From: Octopus sinensis
Lineage: Eukaryota
Reading direction: 5' to 3'
DNA length: 64,000 nucleotides
Assembly (NCBI RefSeq): GCF_006345805.1
Contig: NC_043007.1
Span: 71,796,001 to 71,860,000 of the forward strand
In this document: in pieces, positions 27,491 to 41,293 of the stretch
How positions within the stretch are numbered: position 1 is the stretch's first letter
Layout of the letters: every line of letters starts with the position of its first letter
Translations under genes and position numbers: made by a program
Notes under the pieces: generated by a model
Told to the model about the DNA's origin: nothing
The model's database searches: none
What the model saw: only the letters and a program-made list of their open reading frames with translations

Positions 27491-29020
27491 AATATACTCT
27501 CTGCCATCTTCAGTATTCCACTTTCCTATTTTGAGAGACTGCTAATAAGATCAGGTATAACTTCACAATAAGGACAGCAGCTGTTATTAAAGCTATGGCA
27601 TTTTAAATTTAATTCATTAAATCATATAATTCATTGGTTATTCGTAGGTAGGGTTCTTTTTTAAAGAAAAAAAAACATAATCAAATAAATATAATAAACT
27701 CTGTAAAAGTATGTTTCAATTTTTTCAACTTAGTTATGTCAAAGTTAATTATAACAGAATGAATTCTACATCAAAAAAGGTTTTAAACATGTACCTTTAA
27801 ATAAAAAAAAAAGTCACTCTATATAAATTGCAAAAGCAATTTAAGTTGGTGAAAATACAAAGCCTATCGTTGATTGTTTACAATGTTTATGAAGGTTGCA
27901 TGTAAAGATAAGAGTGATCACATTAATATATAATTGTGGGTTTTTTTCCCAACATTGTACTAAGTCACATCCTTTATGTTTACTTGTGTACATACAAATA
28001 TATTGAAGGTGCAATATTCATGGAATAACAATTGGGTATCTTCTGTCATACAACATGCTAGATAATATTATGTTTTTATTATGGCCACACAGAGCTAAAC
28101 ACAGAAAATAGACGAAATACAATGTAGAGTTTTTCTTTTCGAGGCGGGATGGGTGGGACACACAAAGAAAAAGTTCGATCAATAGGGATCTTTGGGTTAT
28201 GTGGTGTATAAAAAAGAAATATATAAAGTCCCCCCAAAAAGGAGTGAAAGTAGGACAAAATTATTGAAGGCGAAATAGGAAGAAGTCACTGAGATGACTG
28301 CGTATAATTATTGTGCATAATTAAGGAAATGAAATGACTGCTTATAATTGTTATTCGATACTAAAATTTAAGGTTGGTGTCTTTTGTTGAATACGACAAT
28401 TAAAAAAAGTGGAAATTGGATAGAGACCAATTTACTGAGCCAAGTGATATAGATTCGTCTAAACGGCTGCATGATTCAGGTCTGAGTTTAATTTGCCAAC
28501 TTTGTACAACAGTGAGCCACATTTCCAGAACCTTTTGGCGGGAAAACTCGCTCATTGTGTTTGAAGCTTGCTGCATCAGCCAGTACTGATTGGTCGACCC
28601 ATATTCCCGTAGCCCTTACTACTTCATCTGATGACACTTTTCTATTTACAGCAATACAGTAGGTCGTGGTTTTGAGCTAGGGAAACCTAAGAGCCATGGT
28701 TCAAAACTCAGCAGGAGCTACGCTACATTTTCTTTGGAATTTATAGGAAAACTACCTCGTACACAACCATATTAATTTTGTAACATTAATATCAGTTGTT
28801 TGTCAATAGATAACGAGTAACAACGGGCTGCACGACCGAATCCGTCTGAACATATTAAAAATTAATAAGTATGTTATTGTTTAGAGACCCTGCATGCACC
28901 TATAAATTATTATGAGAATAATGTTTGTTAGAATAATTAAGAATCGCCAAAATAAGAGAACAGTATAATTTATAGAACATATTGTTTTAACGTTATACGA
29001 TTCAAAATAAACTCAATCTG

Positions 29021-29452
29021 AGAATCTTTTCGGTATGAACGGCAGTTTTTAACATAATTTCTAGGTAACTAAAAAATTTTAAACTTCGTATACTGGTAGA
29101 ATATGTTTATAAAACATCTTTTTCTCTTGGCTTTATTGAGAAAATTCTATAGTTTGTAAGATATTTGCTGTTTTTTTTTTCTTCAATTTCTGCAATTTCA
29201 ACCAATCACTGACGTCTATTGAGGTAAACAACATTCTGTGTCGTATGAATATGTCCCTCGTTTAAGAAATAGACTGGGTTTATTTACATTTGTGAAGAAA
29301 AAAAAGATACCCTTCCCCTCACCCCTAACCCTAACTAACCCTAATCCTAAAACAGATTGAAATGCAATAGATCGATACTAGAGTCATAATTATGGGTGAC
29401 AATTTCATATGACACCGCTAGAAAAAACTGCCGTTCAAACAGAAAAGATCCC
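29021..29452. mobile_element. MITE with (GGG)ATCTTTTCGGTTTGAACGGCAGTTTTT TIRs
   Basis: Terminal inverted repeats; 6-bp direct repeat AATCTG at 29015-20 and 29453-58; internal CCCTAA-like tract. Confidence 0.85.
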
Positions 29453-29920
29453 AATCTGACGCTTGTGAGATTTGGTTAAGACATTTTTTGCAGCTCAGCT
29501 TTGATTGAAAAACCGTATGATCAGAAGCATTTTATAAATGATCGCCTCTTTTTCAAATTCAAAATTCAATTTAGATAAAGAATAACACTGGCAGAGTCAC
29601 ATACATAATAAAGTATCCCACCTGTAATTATCTAAAAAATTTTATTTGTTTATTAATTTTGCATTTCTTCTCAATTTCTATATTATAAACATAAGACATT
29701 AAAGATCTAAAAACCGTTTTAATCACAAATTCAAAATTTTATTCTATTACCTGCATAGCTCTGCCAAATATTTATCCTTGATAATTGGAATATGTGTTAA
29801 TCAAGCATGCATACTTGCATACATGCAGGTATATAGCACACCTGCATTCGCAAAACACAGTTAATGTGTCTATGAATATGTACATTGGTACGTCTGCTTG
29901 ATAATTTACATTGCAGAACT

Positions 29921-30141
29921 GGGATTTTTTCGGTTTGAACGGCAGTTTTTTCTAGCGGTGTCATATGAAATTGTCACCCATAATTATGACCCTAGTATCG
30001 ATCTATTGCATTTCAATCTATTTTAGGGTTAGAGTTGGTTGAGGTTAGGTTAGGGGTGGGGGGTATCTTTTTTCTTCACAAATGTAAATAAACCCAATCT
30101 GTTTCTTAAACGAGGGACATATTCATGCGGCACAGAACGTT
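29921..30141. mobile_element. One-ended half copy of the 29.0-kb MITE, inverted relative to it
   Basis: Reverse complement of about 29230-29452, starting exactly at the terminus GGGATTTTTTCGGTTTGAAC. Confidence 0.85.
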
Positions 30142-30519
30142 TTTTAACTATGCCAAATATTTATCCTTGATAATTGGTGTATGTGTTAATCAAGCATGCA
30201 TACTTGCATACATGCAGGCATACATCACACCTGTATTCGCAAAACACAGTTAATGTGTCTATGAATGTGTACATTGGTACGACTGCTTCATAATTTAAAT
30301 TGCAGAACTGTGCGATGGAAATGTTCAACAATACTTTCATTTAAATGGAATTTGGAATTTGTATAGTTTAGTCATATCTACGCGATTAGATAACAAACCA
30401 GCTGTAAAGAGAAATATATAAAATATGTACCGCGCTTTTTTTTTTCTTGTTTTTATCTTAGTGGCTGACAATATTATTCTGTCGTAGGTAAATTGAAAAG
30501 CTGATTGTTAGCTAAATGA

Positions 30520-30535
30520 GAGCGAGAAAGAAGGA

Positions 30536-30579
<44 letters not shown>

Positions 30580-30745
30580 AGAGAAAGAAAGAAGGAAAGA
30601 AAGAAAGAAGAAAAAAGAAGGAAGGAAGGAAAGAAAGAAAGAAAGAAAGAAGGAAGGAAGGAAAGAAAGAAAGAAAGAAAGAAAGAAAGAAGGAAGAAGG
30701 AAAGAAAGAAAGAAAGAAAGAAAGAAGGAAAGAAAGAAAGAAAAA

Positions 30746-30805
<60 letters not shown>
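30520..30805. repeat. About 285-bp pure purine tract, (GAAA)n/(GAAG)n
   Basis: Directly visible. Confidence 0.95.
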
Positions 30806-31204
30806 GCTACCGGGTCAAGAAAGACAGGTTTGGCTGGTATTGAGCTAATATCCAGAATGAAACGAGATTATATTTTACCTGCTTAATATAACTAAAACGC
30901 ACCCCAAGAATTCTCACAAACAAGAAGACTGTGAGCCAAAACTTTTGATTGGCCAAAATAACACGTGACTATGGTGAAACTACGAGTTCGCTATATTAGC
31001 CTCCTCCTAGATTGCTGGGGAGAAAATCTTCTATAAAAATCAAAATAAAGCAATAAGTGCGAAATCACCAACATAAGTGAGAGATAAAGATGGCAAGTCA
31101 ACCGTCAGAAGAAAAATACTATGTACGCGTACTCAATGTTTTAAAGTAGATCCGCATGACATAGGTGAAAATATGCCAGTGAGTCTTCGTAGTATATCCG
31201 CTAC

Positions 31205-31263
<59 letters not shown>

Positions 31264-31494
31264 AAGAGAGAGAGAGAGTCAAAGAGGATGAGAGAGAATA
31301 ACAGGGCGAGACAGGAAAGAATTAGACGGAGAGAGAAAAGTAGTAATAAATGTATATAAGTATGCGCGTATATATGTATGTATACATGTGTATGTGTGTT
31401 TGTATGTGTAAATGTATGTAAATATATGTATGTGTATATGTATGCAAAAATATATATATTTATGTATGTGTGTGTATGTATGTATGTGTGTATG

Positions 31495-31559
<65 letters not shown>

Positions 31560-32099
31560 GTGCGTGTGTGTGTAAAAAATACAAACTGGGACAAGAACGC
31601 AAAACATTTAGAAGACGATACAAAAAACAGGGACGGGACATTCGAAGCCTTCAATCTTCAGTCAAGAACCGGATCATCCTCGCAATTTCGGCTGATTAAT
31701 CATGAGATTGCTCCAATCTGGCCAGCGCCAAGGAAAATCTATGCAAAGCGCATTAGATTCCTTCGAAGAAAGCCTCGAATGTATACAAAACAAAGACGGA
31801 AAAACGGACGATGTTACACGAATATGAATACAAAAATACGTAAAAACAATAATGATATTAATAATAACAAAAACAGAACGTCACAAACAGGCGTCTTTCG
31901 ACAGGACGAGTAAACTTTGAGCTGGCGTAGCCAAGTAGTATGTATTTTCACACGAAATGCCTACAACGAAAATTTTTTTTACAACGTATTTCCCCAGCGT
32001 ATGTCTTTTCATGTCCGAATGTGCAGGAAAATGCTAAATATGATTGTACACACCTATATGTCATTCAATGTTCCTCTGGTTCATATATTATTATCATTG

Positions 32100-32578
32100 T
32101 ATGAGAGAGCAGTGCATACCATCAAAGTGACACTGGGGTACATATATACGAAGCCTAATATACCCATCACGACTACCCATCTGATAAGGGTACATCAGGC
32201 ACATGCATCACAACCATATGTGCGCGGCATGGTGATCTCATATCAAGATAAACAGCACATGCCCTCGCAAGTGGGGCCCAGTTAGAATTTTCTTCAGGTC
32301 AAGTAGCCCATCCTGTTCAAAAGGTCCCTGAATAATGTTTGTTTTAAGGTTGATGAACAAAACACCCTTGTTTCCAGAGGTGAATTATTCAAACCCCAAA
32401 GAATTCCTCTCAACACATGGCTATGATGCTCTCCCACTACTTCTGCTCGTGATCAAAGATGCACATATTGTCAGCCACTAAGGGACATGCTCAACTGGTT
32501 AAGGTGAAACAAATGACAAGCAAATCTGTGGTATTGAGCAGAATGTTTGGTGTAGCCCATCTTTTATACCAAAACAAA

Positions 32579-32580
<2 letters not shown>
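32100..32580 (-). repeat. (TTA)n-embedded repeat, copy 2
   Basis: Shares GAGAGAGCAGTGCATACCATCAAAGTGACACTGGGG...TTTTATACCA with copies 1 and 3. Confidence 0.9.
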
Positions 32581-32609
<29 letters not shown>

Positions 32610-32638
32610 TATTATTATTATTATTAATAATAATAATA

Positions 32639-32682
<44 letters not shown>

Positions 32683-32699
32683 TATAAAGGATTGAAGTA

Positions 32700-33200
32700 T
32701 CTCCTCCAGAAGCTATAGAGTCAAAAGCGATCCGGTTATACCCACCACCAATAATAGGCAATTAGAGGAATAACATCACTCGATACGAGAGCTACTATAA
32801 GCTACATCTTCGGACAGTTCTCTCACAACCCCAATCCTATGCAGCTGTAGATGACCCACCTCCTGTCCCTTACAAAATAGATGCCTCACAAAAAATATTG
32901 CATGTAAATATACAGTATTGACGGAAGGTTCTAAGTATGTATATATCGACTCGTACAGCACCACCTTCAAGGTCAGAATTGGTAACCACTATTCTAGCTT
33001 CAAATCTCAAGTGAAAACTAACAGCCTGAAACTAACATAGCCTGACACAAAACTCAGATCTATACAATTTAAAATGGTTCGTCGTTACCCATGCCAAACC
33101 GTATAATGGTTATAACAACAAATGTTATCTCTGCATCACTGAAGTCTTATCTATTAATGAACGGAGCGTCCTAATTCTTAACTGTAAACACAAGTTATGT
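32700..33200 (+). mobile_element. Penelope-like element GIY-YIG remnant
   Basis: CSCR*PTSCPLQNRCLTKNIACKYTVLTEGSKYVYIDSYSTTFKVRIGNHYSSFKS. Confidence 0.8.
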
Positions 33201-33234
33201 AATACATTCTGAAGGTACAAATTGTAGTGATCCT

Positions 33235-33600
33235 ATACAACGGCGCGCGCGCGCGCACCGTCCATTTTCTATTTCGCGCGTGCGAGTGTTGGTACCTTCA
33301 CCAAGGCACAGAAAGGAAGGGCCCTCTCGCGCATGCGCGAACCACCGGAAGCACGACCCTTTTGCCTACGTGGCAGTTAGCCAAGGCAAGGGGGTCGTAG
33401 AACGTTTGACCGCTAGCAGCAGCAGCCAACGACTTGAGACAGCAGCGACTGAAGGCAACGGTCACGTATATTTTCTCTCCGTCCGGACTTGATTCTAACA
33501 GCACCTTACCAAAAGGCCTTTAACCAAATTGTTGCAGACCAACATCGTCTCCATTGTTCGCCGCCATCTTTGACCAGTGTCGTTTTGCATTTGAACACTT
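33235..33600. promoter_or_regulatory. CpG-rich promoter-like island
   Basis: (GC)7 at 33243-56; NRF1-type CGCGCATGCGCG 33328-39; ETS-type CCGGAAG 33345-51; YY1-type CCGCCATCTT 33561-70; GC- and CpG-rich against an AT-rich background. Confidence 0.55.
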
Positions 33601-34174
33601 TCTTATTTTACAGAGATAAGGTTCAGCACGACACATTTATACCAAAGGGATACCAGATAACCACTTATTGTTACTGTTACCACATTAGAGAATAAAGTAG
33701 TATATATATCTTTTACGTCTGCGTCTTGTTTCTGACTGGTAGAATTCTGGATTATTAAAGCAACGGCTAGTGATTGCTTTGTGCACCCCAAAAGTGCACG
33801 AGGATATACACTAAGTTTTTTACAAAATAATAGTGTCCTCCCCAATTATTCCCCAACTAATCCTCCTGCATTCCTACCCACCCCATTGAAGCTCTTCTAT
33901 GTATTTATAACATCAATTCTTTAACCCTGTGATCCCTTTACATCTTCTCTGCACATGAGAATATGCAGGTGCGTGCGCACCTATGGGGTTACTATTGGAG
34001 CACAGTGAACGTACGCGTGTACGCACAGATTTGGGAATGTATAGTTTTACTGTTAAGTAGTAAGTCACTAATTTAATTCCCACTGCTATGTTCCCTAATG
34101 GCTATAAACTTTCTCTTCACTTATTCTTTCTTAGCAAACCCACATTATTCCCACTCTTACTCTTTTATTTGTTT

Positions 34175-34548
34175 TAGTCATTTGACTGTGGCCATGCTGG
34201 AGCACAGTCTTTAGTCGAGTGAATCGACCCCAGGACTTTTTTCTTTGTAAGCCAAGTACTTATTCTATCGGTTTCTTTTGCCGAACCGCTAAGTTACGGG
34301 GACGTAAGCACACCAGCATCGGTTGTCAAGCAATGTTGGGGGGGGGACAAACACAGACAGAAACATATACACACACATACATATACATATATACGACGGG
34401 CTTCTTTCAGTTTCCGTCAAACAAATCCACTCACAAGGCTTTGGTCGGCCCGAGGCTATAGTAGAAGACACTAGCCCAAGGTGCCACGCAGTGAGACTGA
34501 ACCCGGAACCATGTGGTTCGTAAGCAAGCTACTTACCACACAGCCACT
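34175..34548 (-). mobile_element. SINE family B
   Basis: Full reverse-complement copy with internal (TA/CA) tract. Confidence 0.9.
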
Positions 34549-34656
34549 CTTTCACTGTTGACCCATTGAATTACAAATAACGCTCATCTTGTACGCTCGG
34601 GTGACTCTACTGCTTGCAAGACTACAATTGTATTCGTCTTAGCTTAGGAAAAATGA

Positions 34657-34953
34657 CTAGATTGTGGGGGTTAAGTCCCCATTAAGGGGTCTTGCTGAAC
34701 TCCTAAGAAGTTGAAATTTTAGGAATATTACTTCAATTGTGTGTAATATCTATGGTTAAAATTTCATCAACAGCAAAAATAGATGAGGGCTATGACCTCA
34801 TTTAAGTCCCCTTACTTTCAATCATATCCTGCATTACATCTGTCCTTATGCATAGAATATAATTTCCAAATTTCATAATGATCGGTGCAGTAGTTTTCGA
34901 GTCTATAAGTAACACACAAACACACATAAAGACATTGACTTTCATATAATAGA
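34657..34953 (-). mobile_element. Probable non-autonomous Helitron-like element
   Basis: Minus strand A|TCTATTATATGAAAG...GGGGACTTAACCCC-cacaat-CTAG|T. Confidence 0.55.
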
Positions 34954-35094
34954 TATATATATGCACATACATACATGTATATGTGTGTGTATATACACAC
35001 ACACACAGATAGATTGATAGCTACAACTGGGTGGGCAAACAAAAATATGAGACACCGCTTTGAAGAATTTTTTGGGTTGAATGAATCGGCCCCA

Positions 35095-35420
35095 GTGTTT
35101 TTATTTTTTAATTGATAAGCCTAGTACTTATTCTATCGGTTTCTTCTTGTCAAAACAGTAAGTTATGGGAATGTAAATAAAGCAACGCCAATTGTCAAGT
35201 AATGATGAGGGAGAAACACAGACACAAAGACATACATACACTTACATATATACATATATGTATATACGATGGATTTCTTTCCGTTTCTGTCTATCAAATC
35301 CATTCACAAGGCTTTGGTTGGTTAGAGGCTAAAGCAGAAGACACATGCCAAGTTACCACACAGTGGAACTGAACCCAGGACCATGTGCTTTCGAACCAAG
35401 TTTCTTACTTCACAGCCTCA
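35095..35420 (-). mobile_element. SINE family B, decayed
   Basis: Reverse-complement match. Confidence 0.75.
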
Positions 35421-35424
35421 CCTG

Positions 35425-35670
<246 letters not shown>

Positions 35671-36585
35671 ACATTGAATACGAGAATTTTAATGGAGATA
35701 AGGCTCCAGTATATAGTACAACTGATTTTTCGCTCGTATATGAGCTAATGATTAATAAAATTTGGTATAAGATAAAACTTTCAGATATTAGTCTTAAACT
35801 TTCAGACAAGCAAATCCATAATTCAGATATACGACATGAGATATTATTCCCTTCAAATAACTACATATTTATATTAAGACATAGATGGTATAGAAATATG
35901 AGATTATAAACATAAAAACTATAAGGAGTACCATGAAAGTAGAAAATATAGTTAGAATAGATTAAAGGAGGGCGATTGAAAGGATCAGTCCAAACCTACA
36001 GCTGTTTCAGAAACGTTTTAAGGGTCTGTAGGAAATAATACTGAAATAGTGTAACTATTAAACTGAAAGTATCTCACATCACAATGGAGAGATGTTATTG
36101 TTTCACATCTGACACGTAATACTGAAATAGTGTAAGAGATAGAGATTGCTCTGGACTCGCGTTAGGCAAGAAGTTGAAATTTCTTGGCCCATGACACTGC
36201 ATGAACCCTAAGTAAAGCATGTGTAAATTTTTTATTGAAATCGATTGTGTAGTTCTCGAGTTTTAGGGATTCACACAGACAGACACGCACACATTCTCAT
36301 CTTGATATATATATATATATATATATGTTATATTATATATTATATATATATATATATCCATACATTCATATATACATATGCACATATGCACAAAAATATA
36401 CCCCTGTATATATATATATATATATATATATATTTGAGTAGTTGAATGAATTATCTTATTAAGGATAATTAACCGATACCTGGGTAGCAAATTCACATCA
36501 GAAAAAACACGGTTGAAGTTACGTGCCTAGGGCATAGATTACGTGCTTTCGTGTGGAAATTTGTATGTTTATTTTAAAAATATAA

Positions 36586-36756
36586 ATATATGAAAGAATG
36601 GAGATGAACGACGAATTAACAAAATTCCTTTATTTTCGACATATGTTTCGAAGGCTGCATATTCCTTATTCCTTCGCAATTAGGAATATGCAGCCTTCGA
36701 AACATATGTCGAAAATAAAGGAATTTTGTTAATTCGTCGTTCATCTCCATTCTTTC

Positions 36757-36762
<6 letters not shown>
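36586..36762. repeat. Perfect palindrome, 81-bp arms, 15-nt spacer, with TA dinucleotide runs at both ends
   Basis: 36586-36666 is the exact reverse complement of 36682-36762. Confidence 0.97.
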
Positions 36763-36791
<29 letters not shown>

Positions 36792-36809
36792 TATACAAAC
36801 ATATATATA

Positions 36810-37950
36810 CGAGGGGGTACCTCAAAGAAACCGGGATTTTGCAATATTATTTTATTCACTTAGTTTTACATGTTTACACTTTTATCGCCTTCACAGTATT
36901 CTCCATTTGAAGCAATGTCCTAGAACTCTTGTTAAGTGATGCTTTTAACGCCTTCGTTGTTTCTTTCTTCACCTATTCCACATCTGCAAAACGTTTTCCT
37001 TTAAGGACCTCTTTAATTCAGGAGAAAGAAAAAAAGTTGCTGGGAGCAAGATCGGGTGAATAGGGAGGGTGGGTAAGCTGGGTCATGCTGCTTTTGGTCG
37101 AAAACTGTTTCACACTCAAGGCGGTGGTGTGCGTAGGTGCATTGTCGTGATGAAACCACCAATCTCCACTTTGCCACTGGTCGGAGTGTTTTTGTCTCAC
37201 CGCGTCTGGCAAACTGCTAAGAAAATGTCTTGTTAACAGTTTGACCAGGAGGAATAAATTTTGTGTGGACAATTCCTTTCGTATCGATGAAGCAAATCAG
37301 TATCGTCTTGACATTGAACTTTTGACACGCTTTTTGGGGATGTGGGGACATTGAATGTCTCCACTGACTTTATTGCTGCTTCGTTTCCGGGTCGTAACCG
37401 TAGCATCCGCTTTCGTCACTAGTGATAACCTTCGAAAAATGGTCCTGATCAAATTCCAACAGTTCTTCAGTTCACGACACGCATGTGCAAGTGAGACCCA
37501 ATTTTTCTACAACGCTTTTCATTCGCAATTCTTCGCTCAAAATTCGTTAGAAACTTCAGGACACACCACTCATATCAGCAAGTTCAACTGTTAGGCAACG
37601 GTCCTCCAAGTTCATGAATTTTCGTGATGCTTTCATCCGTTCGGGAGGTCGACGTTTACCTTGAACAATATTGGTCTTCAAGCGATAAGTGACCATTTCT
37701 AAAGCGTGGAAACCGCTCACAAACTTGTGTTTTGCTCATGGCAGAGGTTTTGTAAGCTGTTTCAAGCGTGACCAGGTTTTCAGCCACCGTTTTTCCCAGA
37801 ACCCAGAATTTCACTGAAGCACGCTGTCCTTTCGTTTCAGCCATCGTAAAAATCGATGAAAACGGGAGAAACACTGTAAAACAAAGAGGCACCACGTTTC
37901 AGTATGACTTCAGTCTACGACGCCGATCGGCAGGTTAATGCTTGAGGGTC
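36810..37950 (-). mobile_element. mariner (DD34D-type) transposon remnant
   Basis: Decayed transposase: QRASVKFW.LGKTVAE, SKVITSDESGCYGYDPETKQQ, HHDNAPTH, HPPYSPDLAPSNFF. Terminus TA|CGAGGGGGTACC at 36808-36821; the other end is unclear. Confidence 0.9.
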
Positions 37951-38651
37951 GCATCGTATCATGATTTCATTGTTAACACTTGCATAATGCAAAATGCAAA
38001 TATCTGCAACTCTCCAGCGTAGTCTGTCGCGTTACAAACATATTTCGCAGAACTATACACAGAAATGTTCACCCAAAGAAAACGCGTGTACAGTTCTGCA
38101 AATTATATTTGGGTGTAACTTCTAAATGTCTTCCTTTTGGCGCGCTGAGAGCGGAAATAACTCTGCAGATAATAAATTACCACAGCTAATTAACCGGTGA
38201 GGGAACATTGCTATTTTAAATTAAATAATGAGGGTAGAAATTGATATCAATCAATTAACATCAATTTAAACCAGTGGTCTAGCATATTTTTAAAAAATCC
38301 GAAGATTTAAAAATTATATTACAATTAATAAGAGGAATGACTACTAAAGTGGATTTGGATTCATAATATGCTAAAGATAGACGTCAAATCGCCTTACCAC
38401 GAAGAGTGCGCTCACAAGAAGAATCTCAGCAAAAACGCCAGAATGCAAATGAAAATATAGAAATGAAAATATAGACAAATGAAAATATACAAAATAAGAC
38501 GATTACCTACGTATCCTGATTTCGTTGTCAACACTTGCATAATGCAAAATGCAAATATCTGCAACTCTTCAGCATAGTCTGTCGCGTTACAAACATATTT
38601 CACAGAACTATACACAGAAACGTTCACCCGAAAGAAAACGCGTGTACAGTT

Positions 38652-39076
<425 letters not shown>

Positions 39077-39271
39077 TGTGTGTGGGGGGAGGGTGTATGA
39101 TCGTCAGGTAAATAACAAATCAAAAACAGAAGATGGAATATACGAGAATATATTATTATTCACAATTGCTTCGACACATCTAGTATCGACTTTTCTTGTG
39201 GGACACTCAACAACTGGTTCAGGAATGTCCGGTGGTGCAGACGTATTTCGTTGGGTGATATATATACATAT

Positions 39272-39356
<85 letters not shown>

Positions 39357-39364
39357 TATATATA

Positions 39365-39868
39365 TCTATATATATAAAACTGTAGTTGTGTGAGTGTCTG
39401 TCCCCTTCGATTTAGTTTCCTAACTACTCCCACATTTTGCGGTGCAGTTTAACCAAATTCGGGTATCTTATAGTCGTGATTCATATCGAGCCCGTCAGGG
39501 TATTAGCGCGCGTCTACGATGAGTCTACGATTTTTAAAATAATTTAACATCATTTTTTATTCCATTTTAATGCATATTTTTTCGTGTGTCGATGGCGGTG
39601 GAGTTGGCGTCCATGGTCACAGCTGCACCTGTGTTGCTTCTCCCCCTTCTTCCCTCCCTCGTGAAGCTGTGGGGAAGGAAATCAACGTCGTAAAGCGTTG
39701 TCAAGGAGACCAGCGTTCTTTTAGAACAACGACTTCATGGCTTGAAGACACCAAAACAGAAATGGCTAAGAAAGCCCGAATTGGCATCTATAAGGGAAGT
39801 AACTCTCTAAAAATGCTTATATAGTTATTTCCCTTACAAACCCGAGCAACGCCGGGCGATACTGCTAG
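39365..39868 (+). mobile_element. Non-autonomous Helitron, intact ends (504 bp)
   Basis: A|TCTATATATATAAAA at the 5' end; hairpin CCCGAGCAACGCCGGG (39841-56); CTAG|T at the 3' end; A-T insertion site, no TSD. Confidence 0.85.
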
Positions 39869-40199
39869 TTATATATTAAAAATCGTTAAAATGACTGTTC
39901 CACAATACAACTTTCTGTTTCGTAGAGAGAAAAACAGTCAGACGGAGGAAAATTCTTCATATATATAGAAGATCCAAAAATAAAATTGCAAAAGACAAAA
40001 AGAGAAACGAACACTTAATCCAGCGAGAAAAGTATTGAAAATAACTGTTAACAGATTTGGATGAATAAATGTCTTCTGGCAAGCTGTATGGCACGAGAAC
40101 ACACGCTCATACAAAAATTAGCACGGGGAGGTTAAAAGTAAACTTAAGTCATCCATTCCTTAAAGTAAAATAAAACTACACTAAGTTAACGGTTAGTCA

Positions 40200-40395
40200 A
40201 GATCCATTCTCACTGCATTGTGCGAAAGTACATTTATATGCGTATAAGCATCTCGATAGTCGTTCAGAAATTCCATTAAGTATCCTCTCGTTAGTCCACA
40301 GAATAGACAGAGATTCCTCGGAGCAGAGACGGCATCTCCTAGAAATTACGCTGTATGGTTTTACATGTCTAACTATGGACCAAGTAATGTAGTAT
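40200..40395 (-). mobile_element. Penelope-like element endonuclease C-terminal remnant
   Basis: [52 protein letters not shown] resembles the W.I...AKPY....C.LC..EK..I...LN...E..S.C.H tail of PLEs. Confidence 0.7.
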
Positions 40396-40399
40396 TTCA

Positions 40400-40578
40400 C
40401 ATATATACATACACACACACACATATATATATACATATATATATATACATATATATATAAATATGCATATATACATATGCATATATATATATGCATATAC
40501 ATATATATATATGCATATACATATATATATATGCATATACATATATATATATACATATACATATATATATATGCATAT

Positions 40579-40624
<46 letters not shown>

Positions 40625-41224
40625 TATACATATATATATATATACGTATACATATTCATATATATATATACATATACATATATATACATATTCATATATA
40701 TATACATATACATATATATATACATATATGTATATACATACATATAAACACACATATATATATATATAAAACTTAGATAAAACTTAGATATGTTTCGACC
40801 AGAGATTGGTCCAGGCCATGTCTAACTTAATAGCACCACCTGATAGGATTATTATATATATATATATATTCAAAATGTGACCGCGTGTGTACCGTTGGCG
40901 ATTTTTTTTCCTGTCTTTGCTTCTCTGGATCTTTCCTTCTCCTATGTTTCCGTCGAAGAGCTCCGCTCGAAACGTTAAACCCTCCTTCTTTCCTAAGCGT
41001 CCAATAATACTATATTTGTTTCACGTCCTCGCGTTGATGTGTTTTTTTGTGCCTTCTTGTTTGGATTAACTTTATATATACATATATATACATATATGTA
41101 TATATACACATATATACATAAATGTATATATATACATATATACATATATATGTGTGTATGTATATACGGGTATATTTTTGTGCATATATGGATATATATA
41201 TATATACATACGTATGCATATGAA

Positions 41225-41293
<69 letters not shown>

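Noticed and set aside
29320-29350. CCCTAA telomere-like repeats
   Set aside because: Short, degenerate and internal to a MITE; not an interstitial telomere.
30945-30975. ATTGG plus CACGTG as an ER-stress element
   Set aside because: Order and spacing do not match CCAAT-N9-CCACG, and there is no other promoter evidence.
40768-40830. Minus-strand GACCA-atctc-TGGTC-GAAA as an intact hammerhead
   Set aside because: No NUGANNA core; kept only as a weak relic.
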